From Octopus bimaculoides (taxonomy: Eukaryota), in assembly GCF_001194135.2 (NCBI RefSeq), contig NC_068983.1:143034796-143098795 (forward strand): a stretch of DNA of 64,000 nucleotides, read 5' to 3'. The notes under the pieces are model-generated. The model ran no database searches. It was not told the DNA's origin and saw only the letters and a program-made list of their open reading frames with translations. Positions 39,189 to 52,144 of this stretch are shown piece after piece; the first letter of the stretch is position 1, and each line of letters begins with the position of its first letter. A program made the translations under genes and the position numbers.

Positions 39189-39420
39189 TGTGTGTGTGTA
39201 TGTGTGTGCATGTCTATGAGATTTGTCCCACCCTGCTTGACAACCAGTGTTCATTTATTTACATCTCCGTAACTTAATGAGTCGATAAAAGAGAACAAAG
39301 GAATGAGTTTGAGATTTAGAAAGAGTAGGTACTGGGGTCACTTTGTTTGAAAAAACCTTTGGAGCTGATGCCCCAGCATGACCACAGTCCAATAACTGAA
39401 ACAGGTAAAAGAACAGAATA
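38868..39420 (+). mobile_element. Family-B SINE with its middle expanded into (GT)n/(GA)n repeats and a gap
   Basis: Head ggagatgcagacgtgactgtgtggttaagaag; tail ccagcatgaccacagtccaataactgaaacaggtaaaag. Confidence 0.7.
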
Positions 39421-40399
39421 AAAGAATATTGAATTGTTGTTTAAACTCCAGGGCATACCTGACTCAGGATAACAATCCTGACATTTTTGTCACATATCTA
39501 GGACTACATTATTTAATTCATCCTGTCTTTTTGAAAAAGATAGGGCTTTGAGGAAAATTTTACCCTCAAGCAATCATCAAGATGCTATCTTGTTGGCTCA
39601 CTATATGTATATTTGAGTGTATATACCCAATTGGTTTTTGTTGCTCTATCAGTCATTATTTTGTTCCATGTCTGTCCCACCATAAATGGATAAATTAGGA
39701 TATAGCATTTGTTCTTTTATCTTTTACTTGTTTCAGTCATTAGACTGTGGCCATGCTGGGGTATAACCTTGAAGAATTTCCAGTTGAATGAATCGACTCT
39801 AGTACTATATTATTTTTTTTAAAGCCTAATACTTATTCTATTGGTCTTTTTTGCTGAACCACTAAGTTATGGGAATGTAAACATACCAACACTGGTTGTC
39901 AAGTGGTGGTGCTGCACAGACACAAAGACACACACACATACGCATGCACACACCCACCTACACACACATTTATTCCAAAGTTTTAATTAAAAGATTATTG
40001 CAAGTTTTATTCACTTATTACTTACTCATAACCCACTCTTGAAGTAATCTCTCCTAACCAAAATATTGTCACACCTCACTGGTAGAGCAGGTGACTCATC
40101 TTGAGAAAGAATAATTTAAATAATGTCTTGTATTGTGTTCTAATGTAGAGAGAAGTTATTGTTGCTGTTGTTGAGCATCTAGCTCTTTTGTTACTGACTC
40201 ACTTCATTCAATTTCTGTTTCTGACCCAAAACAACCTGTTTTAAAATTACATGTAACATCATATTAATTAAAGAACCTTTCATTAAGTCATGATCCAAAC
40301 ACTGACCATTGGCTTACTAACAACAAAATAATTATTTTACCAAATCGCATCTCCACAGATTCTTGAATATTTTAAAAATTGAAACAAATGTATATTCAT

Positions 40400-41070
40400 C
40401 ATCATCATCCTGGTTTGACAGGATCCTATATGGACCCAAGGACTGCATTGAGCTCCTATGTCTGTCTTGGTGTGTTTTTTTTTTTTTTTTTTTTTTGGCT
40501 GGGTGCCCTTTCTAATGCTAGCCACTTTACAACATGTGCTGGGTGCTTTTTTCATGCCACCAACACCAGATTGCATTAGAAATACAGCTACTTGAAGGTT
40601 AGATCCTGGTCAATGCTGAGAGAGCAGATCTATGATCAAAAATATATCAGCTATGACTGTCCCATTTATTAATCAGCCAATATATCAAGTATCACATTAC
40701 CCAATATAGTCTCTCATTTGAAGACTGAAATTTTGAGAGAATTAAATTTCTATTTTTAGCAGGTCAGATAACTGTAGAAGTGCCCTCAATAGTTCAAATG
40801 AGGAAATATCATCCTCATTGCTATTTTAAGCTGGCATGGGTGATTGAGATTTTTTGGCATTACGTGCCAAACATGGAGAGATATGGTGTGCTTATTCTAA
40901 AAACTCTCCACTCTCAGAGTGGTTGGCATTAGGAAGGGCATCCAGCCATAGAAAACCATGCCAAATCAGACTGGATCCTGGCGCAGCCTCCCAACGTGCC
41001 AGCCCTGTCAAACAGTCGAACCCATGCCAGCATGGACAACAGATGTTGAATGATGATGATGATGATGATA
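40400..41070. mobile_element. Two RTE-tailed fragments in opposite orientation (40400-40570 minus, ~40900-41070 plus)
   Basis: gggtgccctttctaatgctagccact versus agtggttggcattaggaagggcatcc. Confidence 0.65.
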
Positions 41071-41483
41071 TAAAATGAATGAATAGCAGTGCTAGTATCG
41101 TAAATATTATCAACTGCACATACTCAATATATGTACTTTGTTTACTGGTTGCTGCAATATAGTACTTGAAGGATGCTATGTATGTGTGTGTGTATGTGTG
41201 TGTGTCTGACGAGAAAGAGGGAGAGAGATACATACTAAAAAAAAAAAACCATCTATTTCTATTCTAAAGATGTTCATATGTCCACTTCACACATAAGTCC
41301 AATTAAGTCCATCTGTGAAAACTGAAGTTTAAATGTTATATCACCATTTATTCCAGTCCACTGTTTCCAGATCACCAGTCAATCCCATCATTTAATACAG
41401 CTTATTCATATATTTTGGTCGACCAACAACTAAATGTGCTACAATGTGTTGGATAAAATTACTAAATACATACACATGCAAAC

Positions 41484-41560
<77 letters not shown>

Positions 41561-41704
41561 NNNNNNNNNNNNNNNNNNNNNNNNNNNNNNNNNNNNNNNN
41601 NNNNNNNNNNNNNNNNNNNNNNNNNNNNNNNNNNNNNNNNNNNNNNNNNNNNNNNNNNNNNNNNNNNNNNNNNNNNNNNNNNNNNNNNNNNNNNNNNNNN
41701 NNNN

Positions 41705-41767
<63 letters not shown>

Positions 41768-41790
41768 ATATGTATATATATATATTTTTA

Positions 41791-41831
<41 letters not shown>

Positions 41832-44800
41832 CACACACATCACGTATGTACATAAATAAAGATATAAATAAAAATGCTCCCTTTGGCATCCCAAGTTGGT
41901 GAATATTTTTGAATAACTTGGTATTTTTTGCTAAATTAACCATTTGTCAGTAAATCAAAGCCGTTCCTTGAAACACTCATTTAATAAAAGTGACATTTGG
42001 TGCTAACACAAAACGAACATTGGACAAAAAAGAAAAAAAAAATGTTTACATTGAAATCTCTTTTGTCTTCTAATGGTTCCAGGTTCATCTACATGCCTAA
42101 TATACATCTAATGATATAATGGAGTTTTTTTATTGAAAACTACCTGTGACCTTTACTAATTTTCTGAATAAGCAGTATTAATTTTATCTATGTGTGTATA
42201 TATATATATATATATGTATGTACGTTTGTATGCATATGTGCGTTTGTGTATGTACATAGAACCCATGCAAGCATGGAAAAGCAGACATTAATGATGATGA
42301 CGTATATATGCCCACACACACGCACATGCACACACACACGCACATGCACACACACACACACACATGCATTTTTATATACATACATACATACATACACAAT
42401 ACATGTGTGTGTGTGTGTGCACACATACATGCATGTGTGTATGTATATTCTGTCAGTCCTACATCATTCTTCTTTATATCTTACTCAGATTTCAATACAC
42501 GTGGTGGTGTAGGCTTCTCGGTAGGTAAATCTTGGTAAATGAAGACTACAACCCAGTTTCAATCTCTATCAGATACCACTTATTGTCATAAGCATTTCTA
42601 CTGCTATCTTTTTGCTTTTGTTAAATGAAAGCAATAGGTACCTAAATATCACATACACCAGTGAAATAAAGCTGGCTCTAACCCCAACTACACCCTGTTA
42701 CCCTCAATCACTAACTCTCATAAAACTTCCCTTTACCCCATCCATCACTATCATTGCACAGTGATAACAGATGTCAGTTATGTCGGACTGCTGTGAAAGA
42801 TGTAATATATATGCCGTCATCAACAGCTGCACTGTAATGTCATCATTCTGTACACAATCATTTGTCCATGAAACATAATGTTACAGCAAGAACCCATCCT
42901 ATCTGCAGCGATGATTATACTGATAGTAAAGAAGTGTACAAGATCCTGACATGCTTCAATGCACCTATTGTTCTAGCAGCAAGGAATACAAGTAGAATAT
43001 TTCAGTCAGAGTGTTTTTGAAATGGAAGCAGAATGGTTTTGTTATGTGGAGGTCAGTTATCTTGGTTATGTGAAAGCAATATCAAATGGCAGTGAATATC
43101 CTTTGTTGAATCACATGTACACACACAAAAAGAGCAAACAAAAATACATGGACCTGAAGCTTAGCTATAGTTTCTACAATGTTAAATTGATGAGAAGATA
43201 CTATTTACCTGGGTAGGACATTGGTCTACAAAGTGTTGTCCCCACCCCAACAGATGGACATGACTTTGACATTGCAAATCAGACTCATTGATTTATTTTC
43301 AACTGCAACCACTGCTGTGGCTGTGTAGAGCTAAGTGAACTTGAACAGTTAAAGGACAGACACAAGAGAAAACAAACCACATTCAGATCAATGTAAAGGC
43401 CAACACTAAACTGATAGAAATAATAATGATCAAAGATATTTTTTGTAAGATAGTTAAAATAGGAGGAGGACAAGCTGGGCTCATAACCTTTGCAGTTCCT
43501 CTTCTGTTTAGTAAGACTGATGTGATTAACATTCAGTCATCATCATCATCATCATCATCATCATCGTCCTCATCATCAACATCATCATCATCAGGAAAAG
43601 TTTGGGGGACGGAGAGCAGAGGGCACAGGCTGGGGTTCTTGGTAGTTGCTGTTTTAAGATGGAAAGATTGAGTTTAAATTAGTATTGTGAGATATTATGA
43701 GGGTGAAAGGGGGGGGGGAGATGAGTAGGACATGTTGACCTGCATAGTGAAGGTATACAGCTAGCAACCACTTATTATAATTTCATTGTAGAATGCATTA
43801 TGAGAATACTAAATTGACTCCAGTATTTTACTGGTACTTAATTTTATCACTCCCAGAAGAGATGAAAGATAAAATTGGCATTGATAGTATTTGAATTTAG
43901 AACAGACCATAACTAAATAATGCTAGCATTTTGTCTGAACCTCTAATATCTCTGCCAATTCAAATATTATAATAGCAAAAGAAGAGGCAGAATGAAGAAT
44001 TGAACTATTTCCAGATGTTATCTACTAGCATGATTGACTAATATGATTGAATAATAGTGCAACAATGACCACACAATTTTTATTTCACAAAGTATTATAG
44101 GCAAAACTCTGAAGAATTAACTGCCATACACTATTCCATAGAAAGAAACTTCTATGAGATTGCTTGATCTAATGAACAAAAAAAGCAGCTAAATCTCCTT
44201 CAGATTACATACTGCCATCTGTTTGATTCTTTTTTAGTGTGTCTACTTCGTGGTGAGCACTGTCACAAGTTGACCTAAAAGTACACCAAGGCAAAAATAC
44301 ACGTTTATCAACAACTAAAAAAATTGCAATTGTAACAAAATATTTACAAGGGAAATACAGCTTAATATATTATGATCTTCATGTACCAATTCAAAATTCT
44401 ACTGTTTTATCATACATTAAAACTATTTTATGGTAATAAGTAAAATACTTCAAGGAAGCATTTATTTATGAAATATAAATATGGCAGGGTTTCACATAAA
44501 CAATATAGTGAGATGAAAAAACTTGAACTTTTCTAATGTTTAAATTCTGATAAACAAAACAGATAATGCTCCCTTCTAACCCTTGTCCACCATTCACCAC
44601 ATCCACCATTCAACATTACCTAATTTTTACAGTCATCACCTACTCTCCCTTATCTTTCCACCAACATATAAAATCCATCAACACTTGTTCTTCATTCATT
44701 ATACTTATTCCCTCCCCATTCTGTGTCTCTGACCATCCTTGATTCTTCCTGTGAAGATCCTCTCCAGCCATGAATGACCACGGGATTGCACCAAGAAGAT

Positions 44801-45687
44801 GAACATTTAAAGATGATGATGATGATGTGGAGGAGAAGGAGGAGGAGGTGGACCATGTAAATTGAAGTGGATCTGGTTTATGAAGGCAACTGGTGAAAGC
44901 AACCAGCATATGACATGTTTTAGTCTTATTAGATTTCTTCAGTACAACATATTTTACACTGTTTCAAGTGTAAGAGTGAACAATATATGTAACATATGCT
45001 GCAATGCTGGTTATGAATATCAGTGAAATGGTTGAAAGAAAATACTTTAAGGGGACATCCTGCATACTTAATACAAATACAGGGTGTTACATGTATGTAA
45101 TATAATAACTAGAAACACTTTAATCGTTTGATATTATCCAAGTAATTAGTAGACGAAATCGCCCTTAAGGGATTGTTTAAAATCTTAAAACAAACAAGGA
45201 AGATAAAAAAAAAACAGTATGATCAGCTAGTCCAAATTTTTGGACAGTATAGTTAAATAAACAAATAGTATAGACTCTATAGATAGTAATTGACAATATA
45301 GACAAATAGAATGTCTGGACAGTATAGAGAGTATAGAATGGAATAGAGTTGGTCTTTAAAGCCAACTGATGAAAGTAAGAAATTATAGCCATAGCCTACA
45401 GGCAATTGAAGGTCTGAGATTTAGTTTGGAAAATGAAGTTCAAGTTTGTCTTATAAATTATAATGTTCATCATCTTGCATTTCAGTGTAAATTTATCATT
45501 CTATTTTTCTTTATATCTATTTGTCTATCTTTGTTTCTGTATGTATGTATATATGTAATGAGGGACTCTTAACTGTTGTAACAGCATCCTTCTGGGAGAG
45601 GAACACTCTGATGTAAAACCTGCAGTTTCACTTCATTATTTGTCATTTTGCTTTGGCCTGTCACAAAGATTCAGAGAATGGTACATA

Positions 45688-46100
45688 GGCGCAGGAGTGG
45701 CTGTGTGGTAAGTAGCTTGCTTACCAACCACATGGTTCTGGGTACAGTCCCACTGCGTGGCACCTTGGGCAAGTGTCTTCTACTATAGCCTCGGGCCGAC
45801 CAAAGCCTTGTGAATGGATTTGGTAGACAGAAACTGAAAGAAGCCTGTCGTATATATGTATATATATATATGTATGTGTGTGTATATGTTTGTGTGTCTG
45901 TGTCTTTTCCCCCACCATCGCTTGACAACCGATGGTGGTGTGTTGACGTCCCCGTAACTTAGCGGTTCGGCAAAAGAGACCGATAGAATAAGTACTAGGC
46001 ATCCAAAGAATAAGTCCTGGGGTTGATTTGCTCGACTAAAGGCGGTGCTCCAGCATGGCTGCAGTCAAATGACTGAAACAAGTAAAAGAGTAAAAGAGTA
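45688..46100 (+). mobile_element. Family-B tRNA-derived SINE, full length and relatively young
   Basis: Head ggcgcaggagtggctgtgtggtaagtagc, internal (TA)/(TG) tract, many CpGs retained, tail gtaaaagagtaaaagagta. Confidence 0.9.
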
Positions 46101-46169
46101 TATTGTACAAGCACTTATCACAATAATCCAGTGACATACAAATGTTTCTTAATGGTGACCTTATTCATT

Positions 46170-46415
46170 ATTGCATCTTCTGAAAGTTCTATGGCAATGG
46201 CAAAGAGGCAGTTTGTGCAGACCTCACCAGCTGGAAGCTCACGGCAAGTTGCAACTCTTGTCTGTCACCTATGCTCTAAAGTCTAAACCATGCAGAACTG
46301 CAACAGGACTGAATAGTAATTGGAGAGGTCAAGGATGGAAAGTCAGAAATGCTATTGACAACAAGGAAGCACAAGGAGACAGCAATCCTGTATGAAGATG
46401 GAGCAATCATCGTGT
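46170..46415 (+). mobile_element. Probable decayed RTE-type LINE 3' end with terminal zinc-finger relic
   Basis: LVCHLCSKV / RTATGLNSNWR resembles the CxxC..GLxSH motif ending RTE ORFs. Confidence 0.4.
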
Positions 46416-49400
46416 CTGTTATTATGTATGTAATATATAATCATGAAATTCTTGGCCTTTGAGTCACTTTAATAACTTCTACCGATTGAAAATAATAAAA
46501 TATATATATTCATGTACTGAGTTCTCTTTACCTTGTTTGTTCTAGCAAACCAATATACATACACACACACAAACACAAGCACACACAAACTTTACCTATC
46601 TACCTAATAGGACAGTGTGTTATGGATGTTCTATGATTTGCTTCTACAGTATTTGTCTTTATATCACATTTTCTGCATTATTCATAAAGATAGTTTATTG
46701 TCATTTAAACATATGGTATTTATTTAAATAAAGTGATGTTCAGTTATACCATATTATAATGCTTAGCACATCCTGTTTCAACAGCCACAGTTCCCCACAA
46801 AAAGTACTCATAGAAACATATGGGTTGAATGCAAACCAGCAAACTGATGAAAAAAAAATTCTAACTTCAGAGAACACCACTGAAATTTGAGATATATCTA
46901 ACTGATTGTCCAGGAAATAAGGAAAAAAAAAGCCAAAAAAAAAAAGGTAAAAAAGAAAAACAAAATCAAACTAGCTTTGTTGATCTGAAAATAATATATA
47001 ATTTACTTGCAAACAAGAAAATAGTAATAGTTACTGACTAATGTCATTTTTTATCCTTACCACATATTTATTTCCAGTGAGTATTTTAGATTACATATAT
47101 TACCCCTATCTTATCTATTATGCATAAAGACAACTATATATTAGGTTCTTTAAAGTGATGCAGTAGGAAGGATAGTATGGTAACTGACAATAGCTAGTAT
47201 TGTCTCTGAGTTCAAATTTCACACAGGTTGATTTTGCTTTTCATCCCTCCAGGAGTGATAACATAAATACTTAACAACTATTGCCATTTGCTTCCATTTA
47301 TTAAATTTATTCCCTTCAAATTCAAGGTATTTTGCCAATATAAATTATAATATCAAGTTATCCAAAGATATTTCCAAACCTTAATTAAAAACTATAATTC
47401 TGTTTTAATTTCCAGTTCATTTTGCATATACTTTTGGAGAAAACATGGCCATTACACAATCTCATAATTGATGTACTCCTTTCTTCCTGCTTTTGTATTT
47501 CTAATTAAATTTTTGTTGCTCTGCATTAAATATTTTCACCCATGCTTAACTGTTAATTTTTATGTAGATGGCATCTCTCAGTAGTTAATCTCAATGTTTT
47601 TCTCTAAATGTTGAAATTTTCCATGCTTACACAGACTACAGTACTTTAATCCTGCTTAGTGATTCCCCTAATGGTATTTGGATGAATTTGAATCTTACTG
47701 AAGACTCTAGCCACAATCAAAGCAGTGTTACAACTACACCAGAATGAACTTGAAAGTTATTGCTGCAGCTGGGCAGTGTTTCTATGTCCATGCAGCATTA
47801 AGCTGAAAAATGAAACTCTTAAAAGAATCTATGAAATGTACTGATATAGGGGATATTGGAAATAAGTTGTGACTTTGAGACAAAATAATATTTTCTTGAA
47901 ACTTAGGAGGGATTGTCACAGTTTGATCATAGGTTTATCTGATCATAGCTGATCAGTAGGTGAACATACAGGGGAGAGAATACAATATGCCCATATTGAG
48001 CAAATAAAGTATGTCCATACAATTAAGCATTGCATATTGGAATGTGAAATATTACTCTCAGTTAGGTAGATGCATGGTATACCTGTAATAAAAGTTCATG
48101 GATCATACCTACTCATTCAACCAGATGTGTACCATAGGTATGCTTGATCTAGGACTACACAACAACTACTTCATTGAAATAAAAAGGGGCAATATCTGAA
48201 AGGATATTTCATAACAACAAATACACTAATAACAACAAAAACAGTATTAATGAAAATAAAAACAACAGGTTGAGAAATGTGAACCAGAAAATTCAGATCA
48301 GTTGTAACTGAGCACCAAAACTGGTACAGGGGGAGCCTCTATGTTGTCACTTGCTCTACTAGAAATAGAAGTTAAGCTTTGCATCACCCACACTCAATGA
48401 CTTTGATAAAAACAAAAACAAATGGATAACATAGTTCAAGATACACAATAGCCAGGAGAACAAGATGGTCATGGCAGGAATGCCTTTGATCAAAGGTCTG
48501 GGTTTCTAATTGTAATATTTGGTTATAGCCCTTTAAATTCTGAATTCAAATCTTGCTGAGATCAAGTTTGCCCTTTATCCTTCTGCTGTCAATAAAGCAA
48601 TGTACCAGTCAAGTACTGGAGTCAATTTATATTCCTAAAAAGCATCTGAGATGTGAATGGAATTATAATAGAAGGAGGACACTTCAGCTCTGTAAGAGAA
48701 ATATGACCCAAAATTAGAACTAGATACTCCGCATTTTGTTTTTTATTATTTAATCAAAATAGTTTGTGAATAGCATAGAAATGTCTTGGACTGAAGAGAT
48801 TACACCATATCTCATCTTGTCTAAAAGCAAAATGATAACGTAAAGTGTGCAAAACATGGACACAGATATTGGAAATATGCAGTTTTGTTTCATTTCTTTT
48901 ACACCACATTATCTTTCTTTACTTCTCCTCTTGTTTTCTTTCACCCAACCACACTCAACCCCCTCCCTATCTCCCCCTTTTCTCTCTCAATCCTCTTGTG
49001 TGCTCATTCTCAATCTTGGATTGCTATTAAGAAAAAAAAACAAAACAAAAAAAATAAAAACAAATCCAACCAACATTCTGTTTTCTGACAGAACCCCATT
49101 TAAACAAGCTAGCAAACTCTATAAAAAGAGATGGGTTTTAATGCCTTGGATAGAGAAACCATTCTTCGAAGAAATAAGAAGTGCATTTGATGGTAGTTGT
49201 TGTTGCTTCATGTCAACCTTGTCTGAAGTGACTTAAAATAAAAAATTAATTAGTCATGGCCTGTACCTTTTTAAGACTTGCGTTCACTAGGCAATTATAT
49301 GAACCACACCAGTCTAGGACTCCAATCCAATACTTTGCCTGGAGCCTATAATACTGTGTTAAGACAGTTCTGGTCATGACTATCCTATCTTTTTTGAAGA

Positions 49401-49429
49401 TATCTAGAATTACATTTCATATAGATATA

Positions 49430-49597
49430 GGTGTAGGCATGGTTGTGTGGTAAGAAGCCTGCTTCCCAAACGTATTGGTTTGAATTCAGTCCTATTGCAT
49501 GACACCTTGGGCAAATGTCTTCTACTAAAGCCTCAGGCTGATCAAAGCCTTCTGAGTGGATTTGGCAGATACAAACTGAAAGAAGACCGTCATATAC

Positions 49598-49660
<63 letters not shown>

Positions 49661-49862
49661 CATGTGTGTGTGTGTCTTTGTTTGTCCCTCACCACCACAG
49701 AACAATCGAAGTTGATGTGTTTACGTCTTCGTAACATAGCAGTTTGGCATAAAAGGCTGTGAAAACAAGTACCATGCTTAAAGAAAAGTACTGGGAGTGA
49801 TTCGTTCGACTAAAGCTCTTCAAAATGGTGCCCTATGACTGAAACAAGTAAAAGATAAAGGT
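49430..49862 (+). mobile_element. Family-B SINE, diverged
   Basis: ggtgtaggcatggttgtgtggtaagaag..gactgaaacaagtaaaagataaag. Confidence 0.8.
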
Positions 49863-49981
49863 ATGCACACACACTCATACAATAAATCTTTATTCAGTCA
49901 GCAACATTAGTGATTTTTCAATCACTGTTTTACTATATCACTAATGCTGGATTTTCTTTTAGCATGCAGTTGCCAGTGGCT

Positions 49982-50029
49982 ATTTGCTACTGATGAAGCC
50001 CAAAGAAGCAGAAATGTACATCTACCAAT
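49982..50029 (+). ncRNA. Decayed minimal type-I hammerhead ribozyme motif
   Basis: ATTTGCTA-CTGATGA-agcccaaagaagca-GAAA-TGTACA-TC-TACCAAT. Core boxes intact, palindromic helix III, AUC triplet, partial helix I. Confidence 0.55.
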
Positions 50030-50199
50030 GTCATCATCACTGCTGGACAATTTTTGTCTGTTACTGATATATTTTTTGTGTTTTAACACTGTATGCCTAT
50101 AACCGATACTATCTCATGATTAATATCACAGTTAATTGGGCTTTCCATGATGTATCTGCTTTAAGTATTATACATAAATTGCTATTTTAAACTAATACG

Positions 50200-50578
50200 G
50201 TTTCTGTTGTCCCACTACACATTCTTTTTTTCTCTCCTTGTTTCTTTCTGTGTTCCTTTCTGTGGAGGAGCATAGGCTCGAAACGTTAAAGACTTTTTCA
50301 CTTCCCCAGCATTATACTAATACATGTTTGTTGTCTACACGACCTGTCTTCATCTTTTGTTTTTTTTTGTGAATTTTCCCTAAATGTATATATATATATA
50401 TATTATTGTGTCTGGGGAGAGTCGTTCTCTTTTAGTGCCTTATTATTTAATACACTCACCAGTTCAGTTTCCACTCATTTACTTATTTAGAAAAAATAAA
50501 TAAGTAAATGAGAGGAAATCGAACTGGTGAATGTGTTAAATAATAAGGCACTAAAAGAGAATGATTCTCCCCAGACAC
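50200..50578 (+). mobile_element. Penelope-like terminal region with a degenerate hammerhead and an 82-bp-arm inverted repeat
   Basis: cttt-CTGTGGA-G-GAGCatagGCTC-GAAA-cgtt-aaag at ~50256-50291. Arms 50408-50489 and 50497-50578. Confidence 0.6.
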
Positions 50579-50589
50579 TGTAAAATATG

Positions 50590-51150
50590 CTTCAACACAT
50601 GAATTCACATAAAGAATCTTGTAAACCATATACAAAAACAAAATGAGATTTAGAGATGTATTACTCAAAGATTTTGATGAAATAGAGGGGAATATAACAT
50701 CACATGATGTGGAAGACAACTGGAGGTTTCTACAAGACAACCTGTTGAGGGCTACTGACCAGATCTGTGGATGGTGCAAAGTCTCCTCTTGACCCAAGGT
50801 AATGTGGTGGTGGAACAATGTAGCTGACAGGGCCATTAGGGAAAAGAAACAGGCATGGAAGGACTGGAAGAACGGTGGTAGCAGGGAACTGTATCAGCTT
50901 GCCAGAAGGGAAGCTAGGAAACAGGTTTACTTAGCCAGAGAGGAAGCGGATAAGAAAAAATTTGCCAATGTTCTGCGTGGTGAAGACCAAAGACTTGAAG
51001 TGCTTCATGTTGCAAGATAGTGTGTGAGAGAGAATCATGATGTTGTAGAAGAGAAATGTGTCTGCATGGATGGTGGCTCACTTGCAGTTAATGAGGCTGC
51101 AAGGAGAGTTGGAGACTAGATGAAGAGAATGAATGGGAGAAAGAGAGTCT
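50590..51150 (+). mobile_element. RTE LINE internal fragment (between endonuclease and RT)
   Basis: WWWNNVADRAIREKKQAWKDWKNGGSRELYQLARREARKQVYLAR.. with stops on both sides. Confidence 0.8.
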
Positions 51151-52105
51151 GCCAAATATCTGACTATAAACTTGAAGTAATTGAAAAGTAATTATCTTTC
51201 AAATTCACACACACATACACACGTCATCACCATTTTAATGTTCACTTTTCCATGTTTGCATGGGCTGGATAAGGTTTGTTGAGATTGGTTTTCTATGGTT
51301 GGATGCCCTTCCTATCACTAACCCTCACCTGTTTCCCAGCAAGGAAATATTTCTTCATTGTCAGACATGTTTTTTCATAGAACATTGGAAACGAATGACA
51401 CTGCTTGTATGACAGTGACACTCATTTACAACTATCATACGATGTCTAGACAAAGAGGCACAAGCACGCACTCATGCACACGCATACACACACACGCACA
51501 AGAAATCTTTTCATTAGTATTTTGGTGGAAAGTTGGAGAACTTGTAGATAATTTCTACAGTACGTTAATGAAGAGCTGCAATGTTAAGAATTTATTTATA
51601 TTATGGGGAGAGTTTGTGGTGATGTGGGGGAGAAATGAGATATTGTCATGTTTAGCCGTTAGGAAAAGAAAAAAAAACTGATATCAGTTAGTTGTCCATA
51701 ATTCAGATAAAAAAAAACACAGTCAATATGAGAATAACCAGCATATTACTGGTTATAGTCTATAACTGGTTGGAATGTTACCATCGGGTCTGCTCCAACT
51801 ATTGCACTTGCTAACTAATATGTGTGTGTGTGTGTGTGTGCGCGCACGCATGCATGTCTGTTGAATTAAAATTATTTTAAAGTATAAGAGTAACAGAACA
51901 TTTACTGATAGGGAGACTCAATACCAAGTGTCAAATCAACTTCTATAAATAATTCACGCAGAAAACTTATTGTAAATTTATCCTTCAAAACGAATTTTAT
52001 CTGTGTGTGTAGCTAATGTCTTTGGAAAAATCAGAATATTATAAACCCAGTTCTTCTTATATTATTTGAGATTTTTTTTGTTTTATTCTAACCTGTTTCC
52101 CTTAC

Positions 52106-52144
52106 CTGTGGAACTGTTTCGTCAATAAATGAAATGTTTACTGA
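52106..52144 (-). other. Candidate exon end with a strong donor at the CpG boundary (possible 39-nt in-frame exon SVNISFIDETVPQ)
   Basis: CACAG|gtaagg donor at 52106/52105. Possible acceptor catataacag| at 52145 is weak. Confidence 0.25.
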
